NCBI GenBank assembly: GCA_029974015.1
Contig: JARKUF010000009.1
Coordinates: 1,167 to 65,166, forward strand
Source: Spirochaetota bacterium
GTDB lineage: Bacteria; Spirochaetota; UBA4802; JAGODF01
Length of the DNA: 64,000 bases
Direction: 5' to 3'
This document shows, piece after piece, positions 1 to 7,160 of this stretch. The notes beneath the pieces were generated by a model that worked only from the letters and a program-made list of their open reading frames with translations, was not told where the DNA came from and ran no database searches. Within the stretch, counting starts at the first letter, position 1. Every line of letters starts with the position of its first letter. Both the position numbers and the translations under genes were made by a program.

Positions 1-429
1 GGTTGGAAAAGATGGATTCTTTCATTGAATTGAATATTGTTACAGTCGTACTATGAAGGCCCAAGTATCACACGGAGCGTATTTTTCAAGCAGATAATAT
101 CATAAATATACCATCATACTTTAAGCTGCTCATCAGCATCCTCGCCCCGGCTTTCCGGTAAACGGACGATACCAACAACTGGGAAAAACATAGTGCCTAA
201 TCTAGAACTCGAAGAAAGGGATCGGCGAATCGAAGGAACCGGCAGACAGGCTCATCGGCAAGCTGCCCGGCTGTACGGGCTACGTGGAAAAGGGTCAGAT
301 GAACGAGGACGGCCGCGTGGTCCGCGGTTTCATCGCCGAAAGGCTTTTAAAGCACAAGAAGGCCGACGGCGTCATCAGGCAGCAGACGCGTAAGTGCGAG
401 ATAAGATATCCCACAGAAGAGGGACAATA

Positions 430-1077
430 TTATTTCTTCTTCACCGCCCCCTTATCCACCAACCCTTCAATAACACCACTCGAAATTTGCCAGAGGTACA
501 AACTTGCCACTGGGGCATAGGGCGAATAACGTCTGTGGTATTTGCGAAAACGTTCGCGGTCAATATCCCTGAGTCCGTAAAGCATACGCATGCCGCGTAA
601 AATGGCAAAGTCGCCATAACTTAAGATGTTGGGACGCTGCATGGTAAAAAGCAGGAGCATTTCGGCGGTCCATACGCCAATTCCGGGCAGTTTTGTCAAT
701 TGGATAATCACCTCTTCGTCTGGCAGAGTGTGGAGTTCGTCCGGTTTAAGTGCACCCGTGTAAAATGCATCGGCTGCCGATTTAATATAGGCCGCTTTGC
801 GGAAGGAAATACCAAGCTGTTGCAAATCATCAAGCGGAGTTTGATAAATAATATCGGGAGTAATTTCCTCCAGACGCGTCTCAAACCGGCGCCAGATGGT
901 ATTCCTCGCTTTGCTTGAAATCTGCTGGCTCACAATGGCATGCGCCAGCGAGGTAAAGAGGTCAGGCTCTACCGCTCTTTTTATTACCCCGATTTGTTCG
1001 ATGGCTGAACCCAGCTTTTTATCAGCCTTTTTCAGGTAATCAACCTCTTTTTTGCCATATTGAAAGTATGGTGTCAT
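430..1077 (-). CDS. HhH-GPD DNA glycosylase, AlkA-like DNA-3-methyladenine glycosylase II (215 aa)
   Basis: HhH-GPD signature (LTKLPGIGVWTAEMLLLF ... D). The start is refined from the TTG-initiated ORF to the internal ATG (MTPYFQYG), because the upstream extension is a translation of MITE copy 1. Confidence 0.7.
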   Translation of the reverse strand: MTPYFQYGKKEVDYLKKADKKLGSAIEQIGVIKRAVEPDLFTSLAHAIVSQQISSKARNTIWRRFETRLEEITPDIIYQTPLDDLQQLGISFRKAAYIKSAADAFYTGALKPDELHTLPDEEVIIQLTKLPGIGVWTAEMLLLFTMQRPNILSYGDFAILRGMRMLYGLRDIDRERFRKYHRRYSPYAPVASLYLWQISSGVIEGLVDKGAVKKK

Positions 1078-1120
1078 GTTTTTTTGAACTTGTTGTTTGT
1101 TTTGTGTGTCAGAAATATAT

Positions 1121-1239
1121 GGCAACCTCTTATATTTAGGCTTTCCCGCCCGCCGAAGGCGGGCGGGAAAGCCCAAGTCCTGAGTATGTCAGTAGTTTCA
1201 ATTCATGGGAACTCCAAAAATTTAATTTTTAAGGTTCCC
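1121..1239 (+). repeat. MITE-like intergenic repeat, copy 1 (full; GAAG-loop variant)
   Basis: ggcaacctct..-TTTCCCGCCCGCCGAAGGCGGGCGGGAAA-gcccaagtcctgagtatgtcagtagtttcaatt-GGGAACTCCAAAAATTTAATTTTTAAGGTTCCC. It is flanked by ATAT/ATAT. Confidence 0.85.
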
Positions 1240-1302
1240 ATATAGGATTCGCAAAATTTTTAAGGACCCTGTCAAGGAGCTTTTCCCCCGGCTGGAGGTT
1301 TC

Positions 1303-1659
1303 ATGACCGCGGAAGCGCTGCTGACAATTGTCGCTATGCCGGGAGGGGCTGCACTCCGGGGGGCAGCTTCCTGGATATTCAAGCACGATAGCGGCATCTT
1401 GAATATACATCACGTGACCGGTATTATACAGTGTCTTCACAGAATTTTTCCCACGTTGATCCGGTTACAGTCATGGTGCGATACTTTGAGGGTGCATACC
1501 TCATTGCAGGAAACTTATCATGCAATCAGCCGCCCGTGTGCTGCCGCCCCGGGGCAGTCCGGACAAACCATAAAAATAATTGCATTTTTCCCAGCGTTCA
1601 AATACTATTTCCCGATGAAACACGCGATATCCTCACCCCCAGGACGAGATTCAACCTGA
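1303..1659 (+). CDS. hypothetical protein (118 aa)
   Basis: Strong SD (ctGGAGGtttcATG). The stop overlaps the next start (TGATG). No recognisable domain; His/Cys-rich. Confidence 0.3.
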   Translation: MTAEALLTIVAMPGGAALRGAASWIFKHDSGILNIHHVTGIIQCLHRIFPTLIRLQSWCDTLRVHTSLQETYHAISRPCAAAPGQSGQTIKIIAFFPAFKYYFPMKHAISSPPGRDST

Positions 1660-1964
1660 TGAGCAAAAAATGGCTCGCTTATACCGGGATCTGTTTGATT
1701 CTTTTATCTTTTACCGCTTTTCTTATATCCGAGCCGCACCCTCAGGCGGCAAAGCTCCTTTTTTCCGGCTTGATGTGCCTCGGCTCCGGGCTGATACTTG
1801 CCTATACAGCCATCACCGGCAGGGTGCCGCTCCGCGTGTCGGGACCATGGCCCCATTTCGGCGAGCGTTTTTTTTCCGCGGCCTTCGGCCTCCTGATATA
1901 CCTGGCCCTTTTCGGAACCATGATATACTACTTTTTTATTGCCATAAGTGATTATATGAGATGA
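1659..1964 (+). CDS. small hypothetical membrane protein (101 aa, 3 predicted TM helices)
   Basis: MSKKWLAYTGICLILLSFTAFLI...; hydrophobic segments. Translationally coupled to the upstream ORF. The start is refined from the longer GTG-initiated ORF. Confidence 0.35.
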   Translation: MSKKWLAYTGICLILLSFTAFLISEPHPQAAKLLFSGLMCLGSGLILAYTAITGRVPLRVSGPWPHFGERFFSAAFGLLIYLALFGTMIYYFFIAISDYMR

Positions 1965-2033
1965 TCACGCTTCAGGTGCCAGCGCATTACCGGCTACCGG
2001 ATAAATATTGAATCGTTAAAAAAGAGGCCCCAC

Positions 2034-3131
2034 ATGATCAGCCATGGAACCAGGGACCTTCCTGTACTCCGGGAAAGCATCCTACCAGTACTTTTTACGC
2101 TCATGTTTGTTCTTCTCTCCACGTCCTGCAAGATCACGGAAGTCCCCCCGCAGAAGATCGACTCCGTGAGGGACGCGGTAAATTATCCTCACGCCGAATC
2201 GTTCACATTCACCGGAATAGCCGAAACGGAACACCTGGGAATATACACCTGGCGCAATCCCGCATACAAGAGGCCCTTCGGGTCGGACGGAAAGCCTGAT
2301 CCTTTCGCGATGTGGGTCGTACCTGTCGTAGACCGGCCGGTCCGCGGGTCCGGCGTCGTTTACATGTGGGCGACCCTTGTTGTGTCGGGAGCAAACAACA
2401 GGAACGACGATAAAATACTTGATGAATGGCTCGACACATTGCGCTCGTCCTTCAACGGTAAAGAGGTGAAAGCACGCGTAATGGTCCGCTCCGGCGACGA
2501 GAGGGGTTCGGGGTGGGAAAAGGCCATCAGGAATGCGGAGCTGAAACACGGACTGAAATCCCATCCCCTCGCCCCGGTTGTGGCCTGGCCGTCCACGAAA
2601 GCATCAGCTGATAAAAATCCAACCAGGGTTAGTATTCAAGAAACACAAAATATGTATATTATTCAAGTTGTTCCTCTGATTTTTTTAGCATTCCTCATTG
2701 CCTTCGCCCTCTTCTACCGCAGGGCTCTTCTCTCACGGCTCCCGCCCCGGCCCGGAGAATCAATCCTGAGCGAAGAGTACGGGGTAGCCGTTTATGAGCA
2801 TAGTGGTCCCCGCATAAAATGCTATAACAACTGCCGCGTACGCCTTACCGATTCGCGCATCATCATTGCCCAGAAGCTACCCCTTCTCCGCGACTCCTTC
2901 TATCTTCGATTTATTATACAATACAATGTGGATAAGGCCAGAACTGATCTCCTGACAATTTTAAAGAAGGGCTACTACGATATTGAGGTTCCAGCATCAC
3001 TGATTACCCTTACGGAAAAGGGCACGGAAATATCGGTGACTCTTCCTCTCTATCCTGTCTCAAGGCGCACCATTGAGTTCAAAATACGGCGCTCCGGAGA
3101 GTTCCTGCGCGTATTCCCGGTACGGCAATGA
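2034..3131 (+). CDS. hypothetical lipoprotein/membrane protein (365 aa)
   Basis: SD aagagg precedes the ATG. N-terminal lipobox-like LLSTSC. Internal TM (YIIQVVPLIFLAFLIAFALFY) after an AT-rich linker. No known domain recognised. Confidence 0.5.
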   Translation: MISHGTRDLPVLRESILPVLFTLMFVLLSTSCKITEVPPQKIDSVRDAVNYPHAESFTFTGIAETEHLGIYTWRNPAYKRPFGSDGKPDPFAMWVVPVVDRPVRGSGVVYMWATLVVSGANNRNDDKILDEWLDTLRSSFNGKEVKARVMVRSGDERGSGWEKAIRNAELKHGLKSHPLAPVVAWPSTKASADKNPTRVSIQETQNMYIIQVVPLIFLAFLIAFALFYRRALLSRLPPRPGESILSEEYGVAVYEHSGPRIKCYNNCRVRLTDSRIIIAQKLPLLRDSFYLRFIIQYNVDKARTDLLTILKKGYYDIEVPASLITLTEKGTEISVTLPLYPVSRRTIEFKIRRSGEFLRVFPVRQ

Positions 3132-3352
3132 ATGATCAAAATTTAAGGCCGGAATACCGGGCTTTCAGGGCTTTGTAAAAGCTTGTGTGATTACGAGGGA
3201 TTCTGATAAACGAAATTGTGTCGACTGGCCCCAATCTGAATGCGGAGCTTTTCTCAATCAATATCCCAAAAAACTTACTACAAGCCCAAGTCCGGGGCAC
3301 CAAAGATCGTAACAACCACCGGAAGTCTTTAACGCCGCTCAAGGGCTCCCGG

Positions 3353-3531
3353 CTATAATATCTTACCGGTATTCAGTATACCCTCGGGTCGAAGGTATTC
3401 TTTATGCGCTTCAGGAGCTCGACCTCCCTCCCTGACAGGACCGGCCCGAGGCGGCATTTTCGGATAAAACCTATGCCGTGTTTACCGGCAATCGTACCGC
3501 CGAGCGATACTTCGCGCCGGTATATTTTCAT
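3353..3531 (-). pseudogene. remnant of the C-terminus of an FAD-linked oxidase (GlcD / D-lactate dehydrogenase family); truncated and frameshifted
   Basis: Minus-strand translation gives ..SLGGTIAGKHGIGFIRK...ELLKRIKNTFDPR / GILNTGKIL*. This matches the GGTISGEHGIG....IK..FDP.GILNPGKI C-terminal signature. A 1-nt frameshift sits before GILNTGKIL, and no upstream coding continuation exists. Confidence 0.45.
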
Positions 3532-3699
3532 GCGGGTGGTAAAAATACCCGCATGAACGACACTTCGTTAAGCAACCGCAAAAAACTGTATTTTCATCTC
3601 CCGGTCGCAGGCGGTTCTCAATAACTATTGACAAACAGACCAGGCATCCTTATACTTTCGTGAACTGAAGCTTTCAGCTTCGTGCGCCTGTTTTCATTT

Positions 3700-3821
3700 A
3701 AGGCAACCTCTAATAATCAGGTTTTCCCGCCCGCCTTCGGCGGGCGGGAAACCTTAGTCCTGAGTATGCCAGTAGTTACAATTTAAGGGAACCTCAAAAA
3801 ATTTAATTTTTAGAGGTCCCC
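3700..3821 (+). repeat. MITE-like intergenic repeat, copy 2 (full; TTCG-loop variant)
   Basis: aaggcaacctctaataatcagg-GTTTTCCCGCCCGCCTTCGGCGGGCGGGAAACC-ttagtcctgagtatgccagtagttacaattt-AAGGGAACCTCAAAAAATTTAATTTTTAGAGGTCCCC. It is flanked by TTAA/TTAA. Confidence 0.9.
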
Positions 3822-3896
3822 TTAAATGACATGCGCGGGGGCTGAAGGAGTTATCAACATCATCGCCGACAGTATTAACGAGGAGGTTTTTTAATC

Positions 3897-4127
3897 ATGG
3901 CAGACACATGGCTTACGTCACTCATCACAGACACGCCGCAGGCTGGCTTTGAGCTTGCCATCACCATGAGCCGCCGCGCCGTTAAGTACACCCAGCCGGA
4001 CGCGGCAGTCAGAGAGAAGCTTCGCCCCGTGTATTCTAACGACGCGGATTCGCTTATCGCCGCGTCTCAGGTTGTGGCCATCAATTTTCAAACCGTCGCC
4101 GCGGCCAATAACTACTGGCGCAAGTAA
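3897..4127 (+). CDS. hypothetical small protein (76 aa)
   Basis: Strong SD GAGGAGG 7 nt before the ATG. Followed by a stem-loop. No recognisable domain. Confidence 0.4.
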   Translation: MADTWLTSLITDTPQAGFELAITMSRRAVKYTQPDAAVREKLRPVYSNDADSLIAASQVVAINFQTVAAANNYWRK

Positions 4128-4135
4128 GAAAAACC

Positions 4136-4178
4136 ATCCGGCGGAAAGCCACACATGATGCGGCCTTCCGCCGGATTT
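4136..4178 (+). terminator. putative intrinsic terminator after the 76-aa ORF
   Basis: 11-bp perfect stem atccggcggaa / ttccgccggat with a 19-nt loop, followed by a short T-run (weak U-tract). Confidence 0.35.
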
Positions 4179-4240
4179 CCAAAAGTCACCAAAACGTCAG
4201 TGTACAACACTCGGGAAACCCGCTTATAAAAGGGGAAATT

Positions 4241-4873
4241 CTATCGGACTACCAGCCGGTCTTTTTTCATTAAATTCCACTGTTCCTGATACTCCATGAT
4301 ATAGGCCACCTTATCCACAAAATCCTCATCATAACCAAATCGTTCCAACAGATAAAATCCCATTTCAAGGCCCGATGTAATCCCACCCGCAGTGATGATC
4401 CTGCCGGTATCGACGACCCTATGTCTGTCGATCTCGCATTTCGGAGCGATTTTAGCCAGTCGGTCAATGGGTACAATCGGTTCACCCGGATCAGCGTTCT
4501 TGCGATTGGTTGCCTTAAGACCATCCAGAAGACCCAGTATGCCATAAACCCACGAGCCTGTACATACACTGACCAGCAGCGTTTTATCCGGCAGGCCTTT
4601 GACAAAAGCGTGCAGACGGCCATTGTGCATTTCCGCCCTTGAACCGATGCCCCCGGGAATTAAAAAGGCGTCCATATCCGGACATTGATCAAGGCTGTAA
4701 CGGGGGTTCACACTCAGATTTCCGGTAGCCATAACCGGGGCAAGGGAATCACCCACCAAAAACACATCCAGTTCCGGATCCATCCGCCGGGCGACGGCAA
4801 ATACCCCTATGGGACCCGCCCAGTCAATGACTTCCGCATTATTGTATATATAGATCCCCAATCTTTTGGCCAT
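4241..4873 (-). CDS. DJ-1/PfpI (ThiJ, isonitrile-hydratase-like) family protein (211 aa)
   Basis: SVCTGSWVYG nucleophile elbow and DJ-1/PfpI fold motifs. The start is refined to MAKRLGIYIY with SD GGGAGGA. The long in-frame upstream extension runs through repeat DNA. Confidence 0.8.
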   Translation of the reverse strand: MAKRLGIYIYNNAEVIDWAGPIGVFAVARRMDPELDVFLVGDSLAPVMATGNLSVNPRYSLDQCPDMDAFLIPGGIGSRAEMHNGRLHAFVKGLPDKTLLVSVCTGSWVYGILGLLDGLKATNRKNADPGEPIVPIDRLAKIAPKCEIDRHRVVDTGRIITAGGITSGLEMGFYLLERFGYDEDFVDKVAYIMEYQEQWNLMKKDRLVVR

Positions 4874-5008
4874 ATTGATCCTCCCTGTACCTAAATTATT
4901 GAATTGAAATTGATACGCGCTTCCTTTGAAGCAGGCGGGAGTATAGTAACCCGACCTATGTGTGTCAAGTTTATTTTTGTCATAAGGTGTTGGGTGTGGG
5001 TGTGATGT

Positions 5009-5090
5009 CCTTTCCTGGAAGAAAGAAAGCATCCAGGACACAAAGCCCGCGGTGGCACGCCGCGCATGCCGCAAAGCAAATTCAACTTCC
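5009..5090 (+). repeat. direct repeat DR-L (~85 nt) flanking the MNT/HEPN cassette
   Basis: cctttcctggaagaaagaaagcatccaggACACAAAGCCCGCGGTGGCACGCCGCGCATGCCGCAAAGCAAATTCAACTTCC. It is ~90% identical to 6531–6610 in its 53-nt core. Confidence 0.8.
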
Positions 5091-5348
5091 TGTAAAACTC
5101 TCGTCAGCATAACCTGCTCCTTGCATCGCAATATTCCACCGCCTGGCCCATCGCGCAATACGTCTTTTCTAAGATGGGCCAGGTTACAGGCTAAAAGAAC
5201 CACATGCGTTAAATCGCCGCTTTGAAAGTTTTTCAGAGTTGACAAATGTAGAAAAATAAGGCTGTGTTTTTCCATAAGTAAAGGACACCCGCAAAAACTC
5301 ATATGAGGGATCAAAAACAATATTTTTAAGGTCTCAAAATTTGTTATT

Positions 5349-5408
5349 GCTGACATACTCAGGAATTACAATTTCCCGCCTGCCTTCGGCGGGCGGGAAA
5401 TCTGAATT
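5349..5408 (-). repeat. MITE-like repeat, partial internal fragment (copy 3)
   Basis: tgacatactcaggaattacaa-TTTCCCGCCTGCCTTCGGCGGGCGGGAAA holds the core plus the GC hairpin. Both termini and the AT hairpin are missing. Confidence 0.7.
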
Positions 5409-5519
5409 TTGTGACTGCCCTAAACATTAAGGTTTCGCGGTCAACGGATTTTGGCCAATGCTGGAACGGCAATGTCGCTTCAGGGTAAAATAATAAAATG
5501 AAGCTGATGGTAGCGTACA

Positions 5520-5846
5520 ATGTCGAACGATGAAATAATACTAAAAACCGTGGATGCCCTGACGGCAGCCCTGGGGCTGCGTCTGAGGCGCATCGTTCTG
5601 TACGGGTCCATGGCGCGAGGCGACGCAGTCGCCGGTTCGGATATCGACTGTTTGGCCGTAGTCGACCGTATCGACAGCACCCTGCTGGACGCGCTGGACG
5701 AGACCGCGGCCTCCATGCTACTTTCGCATGGAGTGGTGTGCTCCTTCGTACCGGTGGCCGAGAAACATTACCGCAACGGCGAACACAACCCGCTTCTGGT
5801 AAACATTGAGCGTGAGGGCAGAGTGTTGTGGCCGAAAACGGCTTAA
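5520..5846 (+). CDS. minimal nucleotidyltransferase (MNT/MntA-type antitoxin), 108 aa
   Basis: LYGSMARGDAVAGSDIDCLAVVD = GS..RG....SDID nucleotidyltransferase signature. Confidence 0.85.
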   Translation: MSNDEIILKTVDALTAALGLRLRRIVLYGSMARGDAVAGSDIDCLAVVDRIDSTLLDALDETAASMLLSHGVVCSFVPVAEKHYRNGEHNPLLVNIEREGRVLWPKTA

Positions 5847-6238
5847 AGGCCCAGATAGAGGCCATGATGGATAAGGCGGCACGTTCGATCGAGGCGGCGC
5901 GTGCCCTGCTGAAGGGCGGCAACTCCGATTTCTCATCGTCCCGCAGCTATTATGCCGTGTTCTACGCCATTCAGGCGCTCCTGCTCACTAAGGGGTTGGT
6001 CTATTCAAAGCACGCCGGGGTCATTTCGGGATTTAGTGAACAATTCATACGCCCCGGCGACTTCCCCAGAGTGTATGCCAAATACATAAGCCGCCTCTTT
6101 CGCGAGCGCCACGCGGGCGATTATGATTTCGCGCACGCCATAACTGAGGAGGACGCAGCTGAAGACTTGCGAATAGCCACCGAGATGGTGGCGTCTATTG
6201 AAGCGTACCTGAGCGAACGGCATCTATTGAAGAATTAA
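5828..6238 (+). CDS. HEPN-domain protein (HepT-type toxin), 136 aa
   Basis: Rx4-6H motif (RLFRERH) in an all-helical protein. Overlaps the MNT gene by 19 nt (GTG start). An alternative ATG at 5864 has SD agagg. Confidence 0.75.
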   Translation: MAENGLKAQIEAMMDKAARSIEAARALLKGGNSDFSSSRSYYAVFYAIQALLLTKGLVYSKHAGVISGFSEQFIRPGDFPRVYAKYISRLFRERHAGDYDFAHAITEEDAAEDLRIATEMVASIEAYLSERHLLKN

Positions 6239-6530
6239 ATACCGCAGTGCATATTGAGAATACGATAAGCTGAATAAAACGGCATTCATTTCAAAACAAG
6301 GAGCTCTAATCCTGAAAGCAAACGCGACTGCAAAAACCTCTGTGGCAAATCCCCCCGCAACTACGGACACGGATGTCCGGTAATCCCGGTGGGCACAGGA
6401 TGTGCCTTCACCGGGCTACAGCCCCTCGCGGACGCTGAGTAGGGCGCAGCCCGTATCGAAGCGCGGCGCCTGAGCTAATGCGCGGGAGGGGCGTGGGGAG
6501 GGGGTCGCGTACCTCCTCCCCACAAATGCC

Positions 6531-6610
6531 CGTTCCTGGCAGGATGAAAGTAGCCAAAACACAAGGCCCGCGATGGCACGCCGCGCCTGCCGCAAAGCAA
6601 ACTCAACTCC
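6531..6610 (+). repeat. direct repeat DR-R (~85 nt) flanking the MNT/HEPN cassette
   Basis: ccgttcctggcaggatgaaagtagccaaaACACAAGGCCCGCGATGGCACGCCGCGCCTGCCGCAAAGCAAACTCAACTCC. Confidence 0.8.
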
Positions 6611-6760
6611 AATAAAACCACAAGCGGCAGATTCACGCCAGAATCACTGACAGCTTCAGGCTTAATTTCCCCGGGAAAGAACTACATCGAAAAAAAACGG
6701 ATGTAGCGCTGCATTTTTCTCGATAATTAAGCAAGAGACCCCTCTATCCTGGAGAATGCC

Positions 6761-6979
6761 ATGGAACAAGTACAAAGAAGTTTCAATTTTACCGTAACAC
6801 CGGCAAATCGCCCGATAAATGATGCCGCTTCAGCGGAGTCATTGAAAACCGGAAACGAATCAATCATCCTTGAAAAGAGCGTATGCCGGCTCCTCGATGA
6901 TTATGTTCGCCGTTACACTGATGATGAATCCATCATCGAATTAAAGGGAAAGCTCATCAGGTATATCAGAAGCATATAA
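6761..6979 (+). CDS. hypothetical small protein (72 aa)
   Basis: SD ggaga 7 nt upstream of the ATG. No recognisable domain. Confidence 0.3.
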   Translation: MEQVQRSFNFTVTPANRPINDAASAESLKTGNESIILEKSVCRLLDDYVRRYTDDESIIELKGKLIRYIRSI

Positions 6980-7039
6980 TGCGCGTTGAAAACAGCAGCA
7001 AATGCCCGCGTCAACCGGACCATCTCCTTTGATTTTGCG

Positions 7040-7068
7040 TTGACAGGGCCGACGCTCCGGATTATCTT
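7040..7068 (+). promoter_or_regulatory. putative sigma70-type promoter for the phosphohexomutase gene
   Basis: TTGACA, 17-nt spacer, TATCTT. It lies ~90 nt upstream of the ATG at 7161. Confidence 0.4.
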
Positions 7069-7160
7069 CGCGGCAGGCTAATGCGCGGGAAAGTCAAAAT
7101 TCCCCTGACGCCGTATGCCGCGGCCATCTTCCGCGGAAAAACCAGAAACGGAGCGACAAT

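Noticed and set aside
193-520. Open frames at the window start (including …GKLPGCTGYVEKGQMNEDGRVVRGFIAERLLKHKK…) that might be the 3' end of a gene extending upstream
   Set aside because: In-frame stops at 191 and 203 mean the ORF cannot continue upstream. There is no recognisable domain and no convincing start or SD.
1141-1170. The MITE GC hairpins as rho-independent terminators
   Set aside because: No U-tract follows the stem in either orientation in any copy.
3281-3330. Additional degraded MITE fragment (…acaagcccaagtccggggcacc…cgtaacaacc…)
   Set aside because: Only a 10-mer (GCCCAAGTCC) and a loose GTAACAA match. That is too short and diverged to call.
5050-5075. Sigma-54 promoter within the 85-nt direct repeat (TGGCACGCCGCGCATGC)
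   Set aside because: The −24 TGGCAC element is present, but the −12 element is GCATGC/GCCTGC, not TTGCW at the required spacing.
4874-5356. 161-codon in-frame N-terminal extension of the DJ-1/PfpI ORF
   Set aside because: The extension runs through the 85-nt direct repeat and a MITE fragment and has no domain. The internal ATG has a near-consensus SD (GGGAGGA) and gives a canonical 211-aa DJ-1/PfpI protein.
6300-6400. Possible tmRNA (ssrA): the region begins ...GCAAACGCGACTGCAAAAACC..., reminiscent of a tag-peptide ORF starting with AN
   Set aside because: The encoded peptide (ANATAKTSVANPPATTDTDVR) does not resemble a proteolysis tag; there is no YALAA-like end. No tRNA-like acceptor/T-arm (GGTTCGAATCC-type) follows.
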